This document shows positions 63,083 to 64,000 of a stretch of DNA of 64,000 bases, piece by piece. The position numbers were made by a program, and so were the translations under genes. Numbering within the stretch: position 1 is the first letter of the stretch; every line of letters begins with the position of its first letter. The notes under the pieces are model-generated. The model was not told the DNA's origin and searched no databases. It saw only the letters and a program-made list of their open reading frames with translations. Location: assembly GCA_963716475.1 (NCBI GenBank), contig OY970314.1, forward strand, positions 74,479 to 138,478, written 5' to 3'. This stretch comes from Candidatus Woesebacteria bacterium (GTDB lineage Bacteria; Patescibacteriota; Microgenomatia; UBA8517).

Positions 63083-64000
63083 ATGAAAGCCTTGATTTTG
63101 GCGGGTGGGTTCGGCACGAGACTTAAAGAAGTCATAAGCGACAGGCCGAAAGTTATGGCGCCTGTTAACGGCAAACCTTTTTTGGAATATATAATTCAAC
63201 TTCTTCGAAGAAACGGGTTTAAGGAAATAGTAATTTCTGTAGGTTACTTGGGTGATTATATAAAGACTTACTTTGGTGACGGAACTAACTTTGGTGTAAA
63301 AGTTGAATATGTGGTGGAAGATTTCCCCCTGGGTACCGGGGGTGCATTGAAAAAGGCCGAATCTTATTTCGAGGAGCCTTTTTTAGTTGTTAACGGAGAT
63401 ACATATTTGGAAACGGATTTTTCGCGTCTTATATCTTTTCATAGTGGAAAAAAATCCCTGGCAACCATAGCGTTAGCCGTAATAAATAATGTGGGAGAAT
63501 CCGGGTTAGTTTCTTTGCAGAAATCCGGGAAAATAAAATCATTTAAAGAAAAACCCAAAACAAGCAAGAAGGGTCTTGTTAATGCGGGCTACTATTTCTT
63601 CACACCGAAAATTTTCAAACATATTCCTTCCGGGAAACGTCTTTCATTGGAGAAAATAGTTTTCCCAAAACTGGTAAAAGCCGGGCTGATTTACGGTTAT
63701 GCAATGAATGCAAACTTTTTGGATATCGGTAAACCGGAAAGCTATGAAATAGCAAAGACATATTTTAAAAAGCAGAAAAAGATAGTTATCGAAGCCAACG
63801 CTCCCGTGAGGGTTTGTTTTGCCGGGAGCGGAACTGACTTGCCGGAATACTTTAGGAAGTATGGCGGTAGGATTTTCTCCGTAACCATAGGGATGTTTGC
63901 GCACGTAAAAATTCAACTTACAGACCAGGCATTTATTAAAATTCATTTGAAAGATTACAGGAAAGAGGAAATCTACCAACTCGGGAAAATATTGCCGTAT
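63083..64000 (+). CDS. Sugar-1-phosphate nucleotidyltransferase fused to GHMP-type sugar kinase (3' end beyond window)
   Basis: This ORF is absent from the ORF track because it has no stop. I translated 306 codons by hand with no stop. It contains 'MKALILAGGFGTRLKE', 'PLGTGGAL' and 'VNGDTY', and after ~235 aa 'PVRVCFAGSGTDLPEYF', which resembles the N-terminus of HddA/GHMP kinases. Confidence 0.75.
   Translation, partial: MKALILAGGFGTRLKEVISDRPKVMAPVNGKPFLEYIIQLLRRNGFKEIVISVGYLGDYIKTYFGDGTNFGVKVEYVVEDFPLGTGGALKKAESYFEEPFLVVNGDTYLETDFSRLISFHSGKKSLATIALAVINNVGESGLVSLQKSGKIKSFKEKPKTSKKGLVNAGYYFFTPKIFKHIPSGKRLSLEKIVFPKLVKAGLIYGYAMNANFLDIGKPESYEIAKTYFKKQKKIVIEANAPVRVCFAGSGTDLPEYFRKYGGRIFSVTIGMFAHVKIQLTDQAFIKIHLKDYRKEEIYQLGKILPY

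Noticed and set aside
1-64000. Alternative genetic code (UGA read as Gly or Trp, as in some CPR lineages).
   Set aside because: Several well-supported genes end at TGA exactly where the next gene starts (46153, 49794, 61699, 62826). Conserved domains are complete under the standard code.
1-64000. Searched for CRISPR arrays, rRNA genes, integrases, and a diversity-generating retroelement targeting the variable ectodomains.
   Set aside because: No regularly spaced direct repeats, no rRNA-like sequence and no reverse-transcriptase or integrase ORF. I could see no template/variable repeat pair by eye. A DGR elsewhere in the genome cannot be excluded.

Overview
This is a gene-dense, moderately AT-rich bacterial segment that uses the standard code (TGA acts as a stop). 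I found no rRNA, CRISPR array or intact mobile element. The gene content suggests a Candidate Phyla Radiation / Patescibacteria (Microgenomates-like) genome: isopentenyl-phosphate kinase with a type-1 IDI, many polytopic GT-C-like membrane proteins, giant surface proteins, and short or absent leaders. This placement is inference only.

**1-13.2 kb: housekeeping and isoprenoid genes.**
- Housekeeping: argS, an M16 peptidase, ndk, tRNA-Pro(CGG), tRNA-Arg(CCU), a PEGA/beta-propeller protein, mreB, a GT26 transferase and an ECF sigma factor.
- Isoprenoid island: IPK, idi, a polyprenyl synthase, and uppS carrying an unusual C-terminal extension.

**15.3-41.9 kb: the stand-out feature.** Three paralogous giant genes (1295, ~3712 and 2086 aa) share a conserved N-terminal chassis:
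- tandem transposase-type HTH modules;
- transmembrane helices;
- a processive-type GT2 synthase loop with a QxxRW motif.

Each chassis is followed by a completely unrelated, Ser/Thr/Gly/Asn-rich ectodomain. Each protein ends in a tripartite VPE-x / hydrophobic / Lys-Arg C-terminal signal. Each locus also carries its own 187-201 aa polytopic protein with exosortase/archaeosortase-like Cys, Arg and His motifs. I read this as three dedicated sortase-substrate cassettes in which the substrate is itself a glycan synthase and a putative DNA-binding protein. I cannot match that architecture to any described system. The largest ectodomain contains phage tail-collar-like HxH modules, a LamG domain and duplicated BNR/Asp-box units. 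A DUF2723 O-glycosyltransferase-like gene sits between it and its sortase.

**43.1-64 kb: one long plus-strand glyco-operon.**
- a polyprenol-phosphate glycosyltransferase, an SDR epimerase and GT4/GT2 enzymes;
- four or five large GT-C-like membrane proteins;
- two SAM methyltransferases, three B12-type radical SAM enzymes and a ferredoxin;
- a truncated nucleotidyltransferase-GHMP kinase fusion.
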